Source of the DNA: Eledone cirrhosa
Taxonomy: Eukaryota
Assembly (NCBI GenBank): GCA_964016885.1
Contig: OZ024742.1
Coordinates: forward strand, 104,842,001 to 104,906,000
Length of the DNA stretch: 64,000 bases
Reading direction: 5' to 3'
Both the position numbers and the translations under genes were made by a program. The notes under the pieces were generated by a model. The model was given only the letters and a program-made list of their open reading frames with translations, was not told where the DNA came from and did no database searches. Shown one piece after another: positions 40,849-55,492 of this stretch (the stretch's first letter is position 1; every line of letters begins with the position of its first letter).

Positions 40849-41234
40849 TATGTACCCACATATATATGTGTGTGTGTGTATGAGTATATGTGTTGACACA
40901 TATGCACATGTGTGTGTATGTATGTAAACATAAACAGCACACACACACACACATTTATATATATATATATATGTGTACATACATTAATGAAATTGTAAAA
41001 ATATGTAAAATATTCCAGAAGCTTAACCTGAATAACAGCATATACACGCGTGTAGATCTAGAAACATGTGTATGTAGACATATAATTCAAAACATATGCA
41101 TATAATATCAATATATATGTGTAGACAGACATGCATGATTACCTAGGTGTTGTTGTCTATATTAGCACTCCCTATTACATACATGCATACATACATACGT
41201 ACGTAGGTACATACATACGTATATACATACGTAC

Positions 41235-41828
41235 ATGGTGGCTGCCAACTCATTTTCGAGTACGGCCACTACTTTATATCCATGTAGGAGAACCCCTACC
41301 GATGCGCTGAACGAGTGTGACTTTTTAGTCCAGCCAGCGACTTGAAAACTCTGGTACAAACACTACACTTGTGACAATTATTGACACATAGTGCTGGGCC
41401 CATGGTACCATGTGACGACAAGTGCAGAGAGATCTCCAGATATAAAGCAATGCCTGTGCCGTGAAGCTTTTATAGAGAGCAAAGGCACTGCACAAAGCCA
41501 GTCCCACTCTCTTAACCAAGATGATATTTATCAAAAAGAAGAACAAGTCAACATCATTGGATACCATCAGGGTTGCAGGTGTTATATCAGAGTTTTCCTT
41601 CTCCTAGAGTTCTGCCTTGACAATGGCTAAGGGGTCATCTCTCCCAGTGATTTTGGATGGCCATTGACTCTTAAGAGCTCCTTTGCACTTTGACAGGTTT
41701 TGTTTTTAGTCCTGCAGGATGTCCAAAGACACCCTCCTCACCAAGAAACCTTGGTGGGGTTGCCAGTTTAGTCACCAACGACCCGACCATGGGACAGGTT
41801 GTACTGGGATACATGTTACCAGTAGCAC
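41235..41828 (-). mobile_element. Full copy of the 17898 family
   Basis: Reverse complement of 17900-18493, flanked by (TACA/TACG)n. Confidence 0.85.
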
Positions 41829-42299
41829 ATACGTATATACATACGTACATACACACATACATACATACACACATACATACATACATACATGCATACATAC
41901 ACACATACATACGTACATACGTACATACACACATATATACATACATACACACATACATACATACGTACGTACATACGTACATACCCACATACATACATAC
42001 GTACATACATACATAAGTAAGTACGTACATACATACATGAACAGACACATAATATATGTAATACATGTATTCAAAAGAGTCTCATGAAAGTGCTACTTAT
42101 TCTGGTCTCATACAGTAACTGAGAGCACAGGTAGCCAGCCCTTTACAGGCATAACCCCCAGTTGTAGCTGGTAATCATTTTCAGCTGAGTGAAATGAAGT
42201 GTTTTACTCAAGAACATAATGTGCCACCCAGTTAAAGAACTAAACCCAAAACATTATGGTCATCTTGTCTCATATATATATGTATGTTTATATCATATA

Positions 42300-42484
42300 G
42301 GGTGTGGTAAACACCAGGTAGACCATAACCCACTAGAGTACTCGATAGTTGGGGTAGTAAATATATATATTAAAAGATTCAGGACCCCGATAACTGATCT
42401 CCGGCCATTTCGACAGCTAGATTCGAACAGTTCGAATCTAGCTGTCAAAACGGCCGGAGCTCAGCCATCAGGGACCAGAATCTT
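42300..42484 (-). mobile_element. Diverged family A fold-back element
   Basis: Imperfect arms 42374-42428/42430-42484 centred on gacagctagattcgaac-a-gttcgaatctagctgtc. Tail homologous to 9010-9070. Confidence 0.7.
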
Positions 42485-42689
42485 CATATATATAATAATA
42501 ATAATAATGAAATATTGTGTACAGTGCTCAGGTGCACTACAACTCACCAAAAAGTGTATGTATAGTACGTAGGGTAATGTACAAACGTTTAACATCCATT
42601 AACATCCATTAACATCGTTTAACATCCATTTTCTATGCTAGCATGGGTGGGACATGCTGTCCCGTTGTGAGACACCCAGGTCAGAGAAC

Positions 42690-42870
42690 CGTCTTTATCA
42701 TATATAGAAATGACTTCTACAGGATTAGAACAGTTTCATTCGTATGGAATCATCAAGACTGCACATTCCTGATATTCATACGAATGAAACAGTGTCTAGT
42801 CCTGTAGAAGACATTTCTATATATATATATAATAAAGATGTCTATACTCTACAAATGTATTGAGTACCTT
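42690..42870 (+). mobile_element. Fold-back element family B
   Basis: Imperfect inverted arms around an attcgtatg...catacgaat hairpin. GAAAC-agt-GTC at 42786-42796. AATAAA and an ACTCTAC/GTATTGAGTAC hairpin in the tail. Confidence 0.6.
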
Positions 42871-43947
42871 TTTTAAACTGTGGTTACCTCCTTCCAACAC
42901 AACTCAGGATTCTCTCTAGATATAGTTGAAGGAGACAACAGAGGTATAAAAAGTCTTATCAGTTTCACTTTATATTGAAAAGAGGAAAGAAAGTTCAACA
43001 TGTCTGGTTTAAGCCTTTCTTCAGGAGTACAAAATAGAGACAGGATCATAAAGGAGAGACAGAAAAAAGGTCCAAGTAAAGAAACAGCCCCCCCCCCCCC
43101 CCCCCCCGAAAATGTTAGTATATCACACACATGTGTGTGTGTGATATACAATAGAATAAACCTATAGATTTGAGTGAGTATAACATGTGGAGTGTAAACT
43201 AATTAAAATTGATTAAATACTTTAGACAGTCATAAATGGATGTTTTATTTTTATATACAATCTTTCCATGGACATACAAAGAAGTTCAGATGGATTAGTT
43301 TGATTCATTGTTGTGATATTTCAAGCAAATGACTACCCACTTGCTTTCTTGTATTGTCCATGGAAACATTAAACTGGTTTGGACATGTGATGCATGGGAA
43401 TGAGGAACACTGGGTGAAGAAATACCAAATGATGCCAGTAGAAGGAAACTGCAGTTGAGGGAGACTGAGAAAAATCTGGGCAAAGGTGACGAGAGCAGAT
43501 CTCAAAATATTGAACCTGACAGGGATGCTGTGAGTGGAAGGTATGCTTGAAATGACCAATCCAACCCATGCAAGCATAGAAAAGCAGATGTAAAATTACA
43601 ACAAGGGAGATACTGACCCCCTATTACTAGCAATGTTATTAAATAAGGTATACTGATATACATAAATAATGTATTCTTAGCGGTTAGTTCAGTTAATAAA
43701 TTACTGTTATGTTAGCAGTGTTCATGATATGATACTCAGTAGAATACATCTATAGATATAAGTCAATTATGTTTATGTAAATTAGTTAAAACTCCCTCTG
43801 GTAAGATGGTAATTTATGACTATCAAGTGTATTAATAAGTTTTAAATAATTTACACAAGCAGTGTTGGGTTATATCTATAGGTATGTTCTGTAGAATACC
43901 ACATCAACAAGAAACATTGCTGATGCATCAGTAATTCATATATATAT

Positions 43948-44128
43948 AAATATTCATATACTATGGCTAAGTGGTGAGTCTTGTTAATTTGGAGTTTCAC
44001 CTGCACACTCGCAGTATCGATCCTGCGAGTGCACAGATGAGACTCCAAAGTGACAAGACTAACCACTTAACCACAATAAATGAATATTTAAACTCTACTT
44101 CGGTATTGAATACTCTTTTCTCTCATCT

Positions 44129-44132
<4 letters not shown>
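43948..44132 (+). mobile_element. Fold-back element family C
   Basis: Imperfect arms 43948-44089 centred on the cactcgcag...ctgcgagtg hairpin. Left arm reads GAAACtccaaa on the minus strand. Tail has ACTCTAC-ttcg-GTATTGAATAC. Confidence 0.6.
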
Positions 44133-44179
<47 letters not shown>

Positions 44180-44314
44180 TCCGGAGTAACCAAACCAACC
44201 TGCGTACTTCGTCGAGTGCTCCAATCTGAATACTGAGGTGTCGGTAAACAACCAGCATATACTCAATATATATATATATATATATATCCAGGGAGTGTAA
44301 CTTGGAGTTACTGT

Positions 44315-44412
44315 AGGTTCACCTGGTCTGATGAGCCGCAGATTACAGAGTTGGGTCAGATCGATACAGATCCAACCTTGAGCTGGTCAGTGGCGAAACA
44401 CGCGTCACAACT
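44315..44412 (+). ncRNA. Type I hammerhead ribozyme motif with extended stem II
   Basis: CTGATGA 44328. Stem II gccgc/gtggc enclosing gttgggtc/gatccaac. GAAAC-ACGC-GTC 44395-44406. Short stem I gt/ac plus ggtt/aact. AATAAA at 44413. Confidence 0.75.
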
Positions 44413-44462
44413 AATAAACATAATGAAGGAGTAACCAATCGTCCTTGTTATCTTATTTAACT

Positions 44463-44493
<31 letters not shown>

Positions 44494-44494
44494 T

Positions 44495-45150
44495 ATTTCT
44501 TTATTAGCCACAAGGGCGCACAAGAAAAGGGGACAATACAAAGACATGCCGGGGATTTTACATACAGTCGTGTAAAAAATATAAAAACAAACAATTACAA
44601 CAATCTAAATCCTCAATAGGGGCGAGGCGCCACAAATGGGTTGTTTAATACCCCGTCGATAGAACAACCCTCAACTCTAGGAGCGTGTTGTGCAAGTGCT
44701 CCTTTCTTCCTTTTGCTCTCTTCCTCAACCTACAGGCTTATAAACAAAGAAGGCCCAATCACTCGGGCCATTTTTGCTTCATTCACCCACCTTTCAGTAA
44801 ATTTACTGGGGTGCAGTGCCTCTCTCTCCACCCTGATTCTCCTTCTAAAGTGATACTTAAAGAAGGGAATCAATTGTTGTCCGGAGAGAAAGGCATCTGT
44901 CCTCAGTCCTCTCAACCTCGTCCACCATATAACTTCTTTCACCATAGCCACCGTACAGAGGAATATCGCCTCTCTTTCGTTTTTGAAAGAGGCTGGCGGT
45001 TTGATCCTTACTATGGACTCGGCAGTCAACTGGATTTGTCCCATACGTGACAGCAGTTGTTCTGCATAGTTCCACAGGTCGGTTATGCTCAGGCAGTGTA
45101 CAATTGTGTGCAGGACTGTTTCAATGTCTTGCGCGCATCTTGGACAAATC
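44495..45150 (-). mobile_element. Tx1/L1-clade LINE 3' fragment next to (GATA)n
   Basis: Translation homologous to 63189-63986 (IQLTAESIVRI...VAMVKEVIWWTRLRG...FTERWVNEAKMARV). 3' UTR ends AATAAAGAAA. Confidence 0.85.
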
Positions 45151-45578
45151 TATATGGACAAGATGTGGTCTCATAACACGACAACTCATCTAACTCACAA
45201 GCATGGAAAAATAGATGTTAACGATGATGATAATGATTATATATATATCAGACACACATACATATATATATCATCATCATTTAATGTCCATTGCCCCTGC
45301 TAGCAGTGGTTGAACATGTCATCACAGACTGGTCAGTATGTAAGGATAACTACTGATCTTTCAGATGGATATATGGATATATGTATATGTATGTATGTGT
45401 GTATATATATACACCGGTCAAATGAGCCTTCTGGCTTAAAACAGACTTTAGACTTATGGCCTGCCCGCCCAGCCAGTGGGATGGCGTCATCGTATGGCTA
45501 AAAAAGCACGTGCTGTGACCAACAGCGCCGAATGGCGCGCGACAGACTGGTCGGTCAAGGTGGTCAAGGTGATATATA

Positions 45579-45611
<33 letters not shown>

Positions 45612-46875
45612 GAAAGCTGGACACGTTCTACATCTGGTCTCCCACAATACCGTTACCACAACAAAAAAGTACAAAGTCCATACTGTATGCTTATCTCGTG
45701 CTACAACAACAAAAGCTTTCAGTCCAGCCTGTAAGGTGGTCATGTTGGTGACTCAAGAAAAAAGCACCCAGCACACAATGTATCGTGGTTGGCATTAGGA
45801 AAGGCACCCAGCTGTAGAAACTAAGTCAAAATACAGATCCGTATGAACAAGATGTGGGTCACTTGACCTGATTTGTCTCATCATGTGACAATCTGTCTAA
45901 CCCATAATGATATATATACATGCACACACATACACACATGTATATATTGAGGTATTGGGATTCTTACCTGGGGATTGTGACAAATGGGAACTGGTAATTG
46001 TAACTTGTAATGTTTTAACTTTACAATAAAATTAATGTGTGTGTGTGTAAATATATATGACTACATGTCTGTGTGTGTGTGTATATGTACATGTGTAAAT
46101 ACTTATGTATAAATGTCTGTGTGTGTGTAAATTCATCTGTGTGTGTATGTGTATATGTGTGTAAATACATTTGTATTTATATACTTATATGTATATGTAT
46201 ACATGTGTGTGTGTGTGTGTGAATGTACAGACATATGGATGGATGCATGTTGCATGTGTATATGTTAACATACATAGATGCAAATACATGTGAAAAATAT
46301 ACACTAAGTTGTTTCCATTCAAAAAGTGAAAGAAACAAATGCCACATGGTTTTTCAGCACCACTATCACTAACACCACCACCATCCCCGCCACCACCACC
46401 ACCACCACCACCACCACTACCACCACCACTGCTATCATAATTTCCTACATTGCCACTTCCACTAACACCACCAACACCATCACTATGATCAATCATCATC
46501 ATCAATCAGCCTTCTATACTACCACCACTACTGTAAACTGATACCACAACCACTATCCCCACCACCATTACCACCATCAACACCAACATCCCAACCACCA
46601 CTCCTGTTGTCTCTGGCCCTCTTTCTGCTCTTCCCCTTTTCTAAGGAACCTCAAAACTCTACAGACCCCCCCTTCCTGCCCTTCCTCACTTTTTTCCTTG
46701 TAACCCAAAACCTATAGAATGCACCACTCACTTTTTCCTTGGAAAACCCCGATGAAAACCCTTCTTTTAAAGTATTTACAACTCACTAAACTCACCAAGT
46801 AATTGACTGACTGACAGACTTACTGAAGTAAATGAAATATAAATCAAAACTATAGCAAAGTCACCAAAAACTCAC

Positions 46876-47052
46876 CCAGTGGTACCACGAGATTCCAGAG
46901 ATATATCGGTTGCGAAAGTCCCCCACAAACGTGGAGAGAACGGTGACCACTTTCTTCAGTTTTAGTGGCATAAAAGTTCCTCGGTAGTCCTCAAAAGAAT
47001 AAATCCCATAATCCCCATCGAAAAATGGATATAATTTCGCCTGTTCTTGCAT
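46876..47052 (-). CDS. Probable first coding exon (59 aa, phase 0) of an unidentified host gene
   Basis: caccgccATG initiation context. Non-repetitive, CpG-retaining sequence encoding MQEQAKLYPFFDGDYG...GISWYHW, followed directly by donor GTGAGT at 46875-46870. Confidence 0.7.
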
Positions 47053-48124
47053 GGCGGTGTTTTTGGTTTAATACACGGAGACCCTAGATTTTTCTTCTTA
47101 CATCCGTACTGCTTTTTGCTGCTTTGAAACTAAGCTTTGATTTATTTATTTATCATTTTTTTATTTTTTTGGATGCTGTTGCTTATGTTTTCTTTTATTT
47201 TCTTATATATTTTTAGAAGTTTTTTTTTGTTTTTCTTACTTGGTTATTTTGCTACTGACTCTTACAGACTATCATCCCGCCCCATTCACATACACACTCC
47301 CCTCTCACTTCTCTGTCATTCTATTCTGTTTTCTTTCTTTTCATTCACTCTATCACTAGTTATCTGCTCCTCCCTTTCCGCCATCATCTTGCTCCTCTCT
47401 CCCCCTCCCCCTCTCTCTCCCCTCTCTCTCTTTCGTCACTTCTATCTTTCCCTACTTCTAAACCCTCACTTATTATTATTACTATTATTATTTACATATG
47501 CACCACTTCTATTCTTTCTCTCTTTATCCATTTGCCCCCCCCCCCCCGGCTGTCTCGGTCCCTTTCTCAATTTACTCTTTCTAACCCCCACTTCACATAT
47601 ATATATATATATATATACATGTATTTATTTATTTATTTATTTATTTATGTATGTGCATGTATGCACACTTACATATATATAAATATATAACATCTATTTA
47701 CAAATATTATATATTTATATATAATACACACACACATATATATATATTTCTCTCTGTGCCATATATATATATAGTGAAAAACATGAAGAAAACCAACCAC
47801 ACATACAAACACACTCAAATATTCTATATTTATACCTCACATACTTTCTCTTTCTTATACAAACACACACACACATACACACTATACACGTTTAAAGTAA
47901 ACACACACACAAGTACATACATACACAGAAACACAAAGTACATACAAACACACACATATATAGAGAAACACACACACAAAAAAAAACATATGCTGAACGT
48001 ACAAACGCGCAAAACACGCACACACAAAACACACATACACAAAATACATATACACAAACACACAGACCAACACAGACAAAACACAAAATCACTCCCACGC
48101 CCACAGTCTTTCCTGTTGTAAGCT

Positions 48125-48738
48125 GGTGGTGATGGTGGGGAAGTGGCAGTGTGATGGTGGGGAAGTGGCAGTGTGATGGTGGGGAAGTGGCAGTGTGATG
48201 GTGGGGAAGTGGCAGTGGTGATGGTGGGGAAATGGCAGTGGTGATGGTGGGGAAGTGGCAGTGGTGATGGTGGGGAAGTGGCAGTGGTGATGGTGGGGAA
48301 GTGGCAGTGTGATGGTGGGGAAGTGGCAGTGTGATGGTGGGGAAGTGGCAGTGTGATGGTGGGGAAGTGGCAGTGTGATGGTGGGGAAGTGGCAGTGTGA
48401 TGGTGGGGAAGTGGCAGTGGTGATGGTGGGGAAGTGGCAGTGGTGATGGTGGGGAAGTGGCAGTGGTGATGGTGGGGAAGTGGCAGTGTGATGGTGGGGA
48501 AGTGGCAGCGTGATGGTGGGGAAGTGGCAGCGTGATGGTGGGGAAGTGGCAGTGTGATGGTGGGGAAGTGGCAGTGTGATAGTGGGGAAGTGGCAGTGGT
48601 GATGGTGGGGAAGTGGCAGTGTGATAGTGGGGAAGTGGCAGTGTGATGGTGGGGAAGTGGCAGTGGTGATGGTGGGGAAGTGGCAGTGGTGATGGTGGGG
48701 AAGTGGCAGTGTGATGGTGGGGAAGTGGCAGTGTGATG
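48125..48738. repeat. G-rich 21/22-bp minisatellite (gatggtggggaagtggcagt[g]gt)n
   Basis: Direct inspection, about 28 units. Confidence 0.95.
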
Positions 48739-49009
48739 CTGGAGTACCATAGGTGGGTAGTAAAGGGTGGAGTGGGGGATAAGGGGAGGGAGGAAACCGT
48801 GGCTGTCATGGGGAAAAATGGGGAAGTTTAAAGTTGTTTATGTGGGTGATTGTGGGGTATGTGTGTAGTAGGTTAGGTGTTTGTGGGGGTACCTCTTCTC
48901 TGGCAATCCCATCACCCGACCCCTGCTCTCGTTACCCACCCCCATACATTATTTCTTTATTTTTTCTTCACTGGTACCTGGACCTGCAAAGATCACCAAA
49001 ATACACACA

Positions 49010-49195
49010 TTGACACAAACATACACATGCACACACAAACATACACATGCACACACAAACATACACATGCACACACAAACATACACATGCACACACAAAC
49101 ATACACATGCATACACATATACACACATGTACATACAAACATACACATGCACACACATATACACACATGCACATACAAACATACACATGCATACA
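49010..49195. repeat. 20-bp minisatellite (acacacaaacatacacatgc)n
   Basis: Direct inspection. Confidence 0.85.
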
Positions 49196-50019
49196 CATAT
49201 ATGTGATAAATACCAATACATGCACACACACACACATACTCAGGAACGCTCTAGACACAGACAGACACATACACACACATACACACACATACACAGTTGC
49301 ATATAAACAACCTTCCCTCCTCCACACACACTGCAGGACACTAGAAGAGATAATATAGTTGAGAGGTAAACAGTCAGAAAAATATATCACCATCTGCTAA
49401 TCACACACACACATGCACATACACGCATACACACACACATACATACATACATACACACATACATACACGCATACACACACACATACATACATACACACAT
49501 GCATACATACATACACACATACATACATACATACACACACATACATACATACATACATACACACATACATACATACATACATACATACATACATACACAC
49601 ACACATACACACACATACATACATACACACACATACATACATACACACACCCACACATACACACACACACACATACATACACATTCACACACACATACAT
49701 ACATACACACATACACACACATACATACATAACACATACGTACATACATACACACATAGACACATACACACACACATACATACACACATACATACACACA
49801 CATACATACACACATACATCCATAGACACACACATAGATACATACATACACATTCACACACACACATACATACACACATACACACATACACACACACACA
49901 CACACACACATACACACACATACACACACATACATACATGCATACAAACGCATAAAGTACATACATACTCTTGCATACAGACTCATACATTCATATACAT
50001 TAACATACATACAGATGCA

Positions 50020-53000
50020 CACACACACATGGGTAATATATACACACATACCATATATACATACATAAGCCATACACACACACACACACATGGGTAATAT
50101 ATACACACATACCATATATACATACATAAGCCATACACACACACACACACATGGGTAATATATACACACTTACCATATATACATACATAAGCCATACACA
50201 CACACACACACATAGGTAATATATACACACATACCATATATACATACATAAGCCATACACACACACACATGGGTAATATATACACACATACCATATATAC
50301 ATACATAAGCCATACACACACACACATGGGTAATATACACACATACCATATATACATACATAAGCCATACACACACACACATGGGTAATATATACACACA
50401 TACCATATATACATACATAAGCCATACACACACACACATGGGTAATATATACACACATGCCATATATACATACATAAGCCATACACACACACATGGGTAA
50501 TATACACACATACCATATATACATACATAAGCCATACACACACACACATGGGTAATATATACACACATACCATATATACATACATAAGCCATATACACAC
50601 ACACATGGGTAATATACACACACATACCATATATACATACAAAAGCCATACACACACACACATGGGTAATATACACACATACCATATATACATACATAAG
50701 CCATACACACACACACATACACACATGGGTAATATATACACACACACCATATATACATACATAAGCCATACACACAGACACACATGGGTAATATACACAC
50801 ACATACCATATATACATACATAAGCCATACACACACACATGGGTAATATATACACACATACCATATATACATACATAAGCCATACACACACACACACACA
50901 CACATGGGTAATATATACACACATACCATATATACATACATAAGCCATACACACACACACACATGGGTAATATACACACACATACCATATATACATACAT
51001 AAGCCATACACACAGACACACACACACATGGGTAATATACACACACATACCATATATACATACATAAGCCATACACACACACACATACATGGGTAATATA
51101 TACACACTTACCATATATACATACATAAGCCATACACACACACACACACATGGGTAATATATACACACATACCATATATACATACATAAGCCATACACAC
51201 ACACACATGGGTAATATATACACACATACCATATATACATACATAAGCCATACACACACACACATGGGTAATATACACACACATACCATATATACATACA
51301 TAAGCCATACACACACACACACATGGGTAATATATACACACATACCATATATACATACATAAGCCATACACACACACATGGGTAATATATACACACACAT
51401 ACCATATATACATACATAAGCCATACACACACACACACATACCATATATACATACATAAGCCATACACACACACACACACATGGGTAATATACACACACA
51501 TACCATATATACATACATAAGCCATACACACAGACACACACACACATGGGTAATATACACACACATACCATATATACATAAGCCATACACACACACACAC
51601 ACACATGGGTAATATACACACACATACCATATATACATACATAAGCCATACACACAGACACACACACACATGGGTAATATACACACACATACCATACATA
51701 CATAAGCCATACACACAGACACACACATGGGTAATATATACACACATACCATATATACATACATAAGCCATACACACACACACACACATGGGTAATATAT
51801 ACACACTTACCATATATACATACATAAGCCATACACACACACACACACACATACATGGGTAATATATACACACATACCATATATACATACATAAGCCATA
51901 CACACACACACACATGGGTAATATACACACACATACCATATATACATACATAAGCCATACACACACACACACATGGGTAATATATACACACATACCATAT
52001 ATACATACATAAGCCATACACACAGACACACACACACATGGGTAATATACACACACATACCATATATACATACATAAGCCATACACACACACACACACAC
52101 ATGGGTAATATACACACACATACCATATATACATACATAAGCCATACACACACACACACACATGGGTAATATATACCCACATACCATATATACATACATA
52201 AGCCATACACACACACACACACATGGGTAATATATACACACATACCATATATACATACATAAGCCATACACACACACACACATGGGTAATATACACACAC
52301 ATACCATATATACATACATAAGCCATACACACACACACACACACATGGGTAATATACACACACATACCATATATACATACATAAGCCATACACACACACA
52401 CATGGGTAATATATACACACATACCATATATACATACATAAGCCATACACACACACACACACATGGGTAATATATACACACATACCATATATACATACAT
52501 AAGCCATACACACACACACACATGGGTAATATATACACACATACCATATATACATACATAAGCCATACACACACACACACACACATGGGTAATATACACA
52601 CACATACCATATATACATACATAAGCCATACACACACACACACATGGGTAATATATACACACATACCATATATACATACATAAGCCATACACACACACAC
52701 ACACATGGGTAATATATACACACATACCATATATACATACATAAGCCATACACACACACACACATGGGTAATATATACACACATACCATATATACATACA
52801 TAAGCCATACACACACACACACACACATGGGTAATATACACACACATACCATATATACATACATAAGCCATACACACACACACACATGGGTAATATATAC
52901 ACACATACCATATATACATACATAAGCCATACACAGACACACACACATTGGTAATATATACACACATACCATATATACATACATAAGCCATACACAGACA

Positions 53001-53440
53001 CACACACACATGGGTAATATATACACACATACCATATATACATACATAAGCCATACACACACACACACACATGGGTAATATATACACACATACCATATAT
53101 ACATACATAAGCCATACACACACACACACATGGGTAATATATACACACATACCATATATACATACATAAGCCATACACACACACACACACACATGGGTAA
53201 TATATACACACATACCATATATACATACATAAGCCATACACACACACACACACACATGGGTAATATATACACACATACCATATATACATACATAAGCCAT
53301 ACACAGACACACACACATTGGTAATATATACACACATACCATATATACATACATAAGCCATACACACACACACACACACATGGGTAATATATACACACAT
53401 ACCATATATACATACATAAGCCATACACAGACACACACAC
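50020..53440. repeat. 3.4-kb minisatellite, about 56-66-bp unit with variable (CA)n (catgggtaatatatacacacataccatatatacatacataagccata(ca)n)
   Basis: Roughly 55 units. Explains the 1000+ aa CVY ORFs. Confidence 0.97.
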
Positions 53441-53776
53441 ATACCTACTCATGCTCACATACATACATTTGTATACACAGATACACAAACACATACATAG
53501 GAATGTATCTAGGAAACCCACAAACATACACAAAGTAAATAAGACTGTGATTATGATGAAGAAGAGGAAGAGAAGGAGGAAGAAAAGGAGGAAGAGAAGG
53601 AGGAAGAGAAGGAGGAAGGAAGATGGTAAAGGGTGAGTTTACCATCAGTCCTTGATTAATCACAATCAACAGAAACACACACATGTACAGTGATATGTGT
53701 ACACACACACATATCTGCATCCACACACACACTCATACATACACATATATATACACATGCACACATATACATACAT

Positions 53777-53815
<39 letters not shown>

Positions 53816-53849
53816 AACTGTCACTAAGATATCTCGCACTTCACTAATT

Positions 53850-53903
<54 letters not shown>

Positions 53904-53932
53904 TCACTGAGATATCTCGCACTTCACTAATT

Positions 53933-53965
<33 letters not shown>

Positions 53966-54008
53966 CATGCACACATATACATACACACACACACACACTT
54001 ATATATAT

Positions 54009-54723
54009 CATCATCATCATCATCATCAACGTTTAACGTCCATGTTCCACGCTTGCATGGGTTTGGACGGGGGTAGTCCCACTTGAGGCAAGAGTGATTG
54101 TCTTGCTCGCATAGGACTGTCTGGCAGGTTTTCTACAGTTGGATGCCCTTCCTAACATCAACCACATTTACAGTGTGGGTCTGGGAGGTTTTTACCGTGT
54201 TGCCTACACAGCCACATTACAGCGTGGACTGTGTGTTTTTTTGTCGTGACACCTACACGATCTCATTTGTTTCGGCCTGGATGGCGCGGCACCAACATAA
54301 CTTTACATAGAACGGGGTGGTGTGGATGGGGTGGGGGTGGTGGCGGGACGGGGTGTATTTTGTTAGAGATGCCTACTGGCAAGGCGGGTCTTCTCTGTTA
54401 CTGAGTACCGCCAAAGGTCTCGGTCCAGTGACATTGTCTTGGAGAGGTGTAAGTGTGTGAGGTCGGAGTTTATCAGCTCGTCCCAGGTTTTTCTAGGTCT
54501 GCCTATTCCGAGGCTACCGTCTATCTTTATTGCCCTGCACTTTGTTATACAGCTATCGACTTTCATGCGCATCACGTGTCCATACCAACGTAGCCTTCTC
54601 TCGAGTAAACAACATCTGATCCCTCTTATTTCTAATTTTTTCCTTAGTTCGTTTATGCTTTGCCGTTCACGTATATTACTGTTACACATCCAGCGGAGCA
54701 TGCAAGCTTCGTTCCTCTCTAGT
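54009..54723 (-). mobile_element. 5'-truncated RTE LINE (related subfamily) with 3' UTR
   Basis: [15 protein letters not shown]...LRWYGHVMRM...GRPRKTW. Tail with ggaagggcatcc and (GAT)n. Confidence 0.9.
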
Positions 54724-54744
54724 CTGTATTACTGTTACACATCC

Positions 54745-54867
<123 letters not shown>

Positions 54868-54891
54868 CACATACATAACCAAACAGATATA

Positions 54892-55276
54892 TTTATTTAT
54901 TTGCCACAAGGGCACACAAGAAAAGGGGACAATACAAAGACATGCGGGGATTTTACATACAGTCGTGTAAAAATATAAAAACAAACAATTACAACAATCG
55001 AAATCCCCAATAGGGGGGAGGCGCCACAAATGGGTTGTTTAATACCCCGTCGATAGAACAACCCTCAACTCAAGGAGCGTGTTGTGCAAGTGCTCCTTTC
55101 TTCCTTTTGCTCTCTTCCTCAACCTACAGGCTTATAAACAAAGAAGGCCCAATCACTCGGTCCATTTTTGCTTCATTCACCCACCTTTCAGTAAATTTAC
55201 TGGGGTGCAGTGCCTCTCTCTCCACCCTGATTCTCCTTCTAAAGTGATACTTAAAGAAGGGAATCAATTGTTGTCC
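54892..55276 (-). mobile_element. Tx1/L1-clade 3' fragment
   Basis: Near-identical to 44495-44882. Confidence 0.85.
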
Positions 55277-55361
55277 AAATAGATACACACACAATACATG
55301 TGTGCAGCAATTAGGTATTAAACTGTCACTGAGACATCTCTCACTTCACTAATTACACACA

Positions 55362-55492
<131 letters not shown>

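Noticed and set aside
47830-48809. About 305-aa repetitive His/Pro/Thr ORFs
   Set aside because: Product of the 21/22-bp minisatellite.
50020-53440. CRISPR-like constant repeat with variable spacers
   Set aside because: Spacers are only (CA)n length variants, the context is eukaryotic, and there are no cas genes.
49983-53533. Very long ORFs (up to 1177 aa) rich in C, V, Y and M
   Set aside because: Translations of the minisatellite, open in several frames, with no protein-like complexity.
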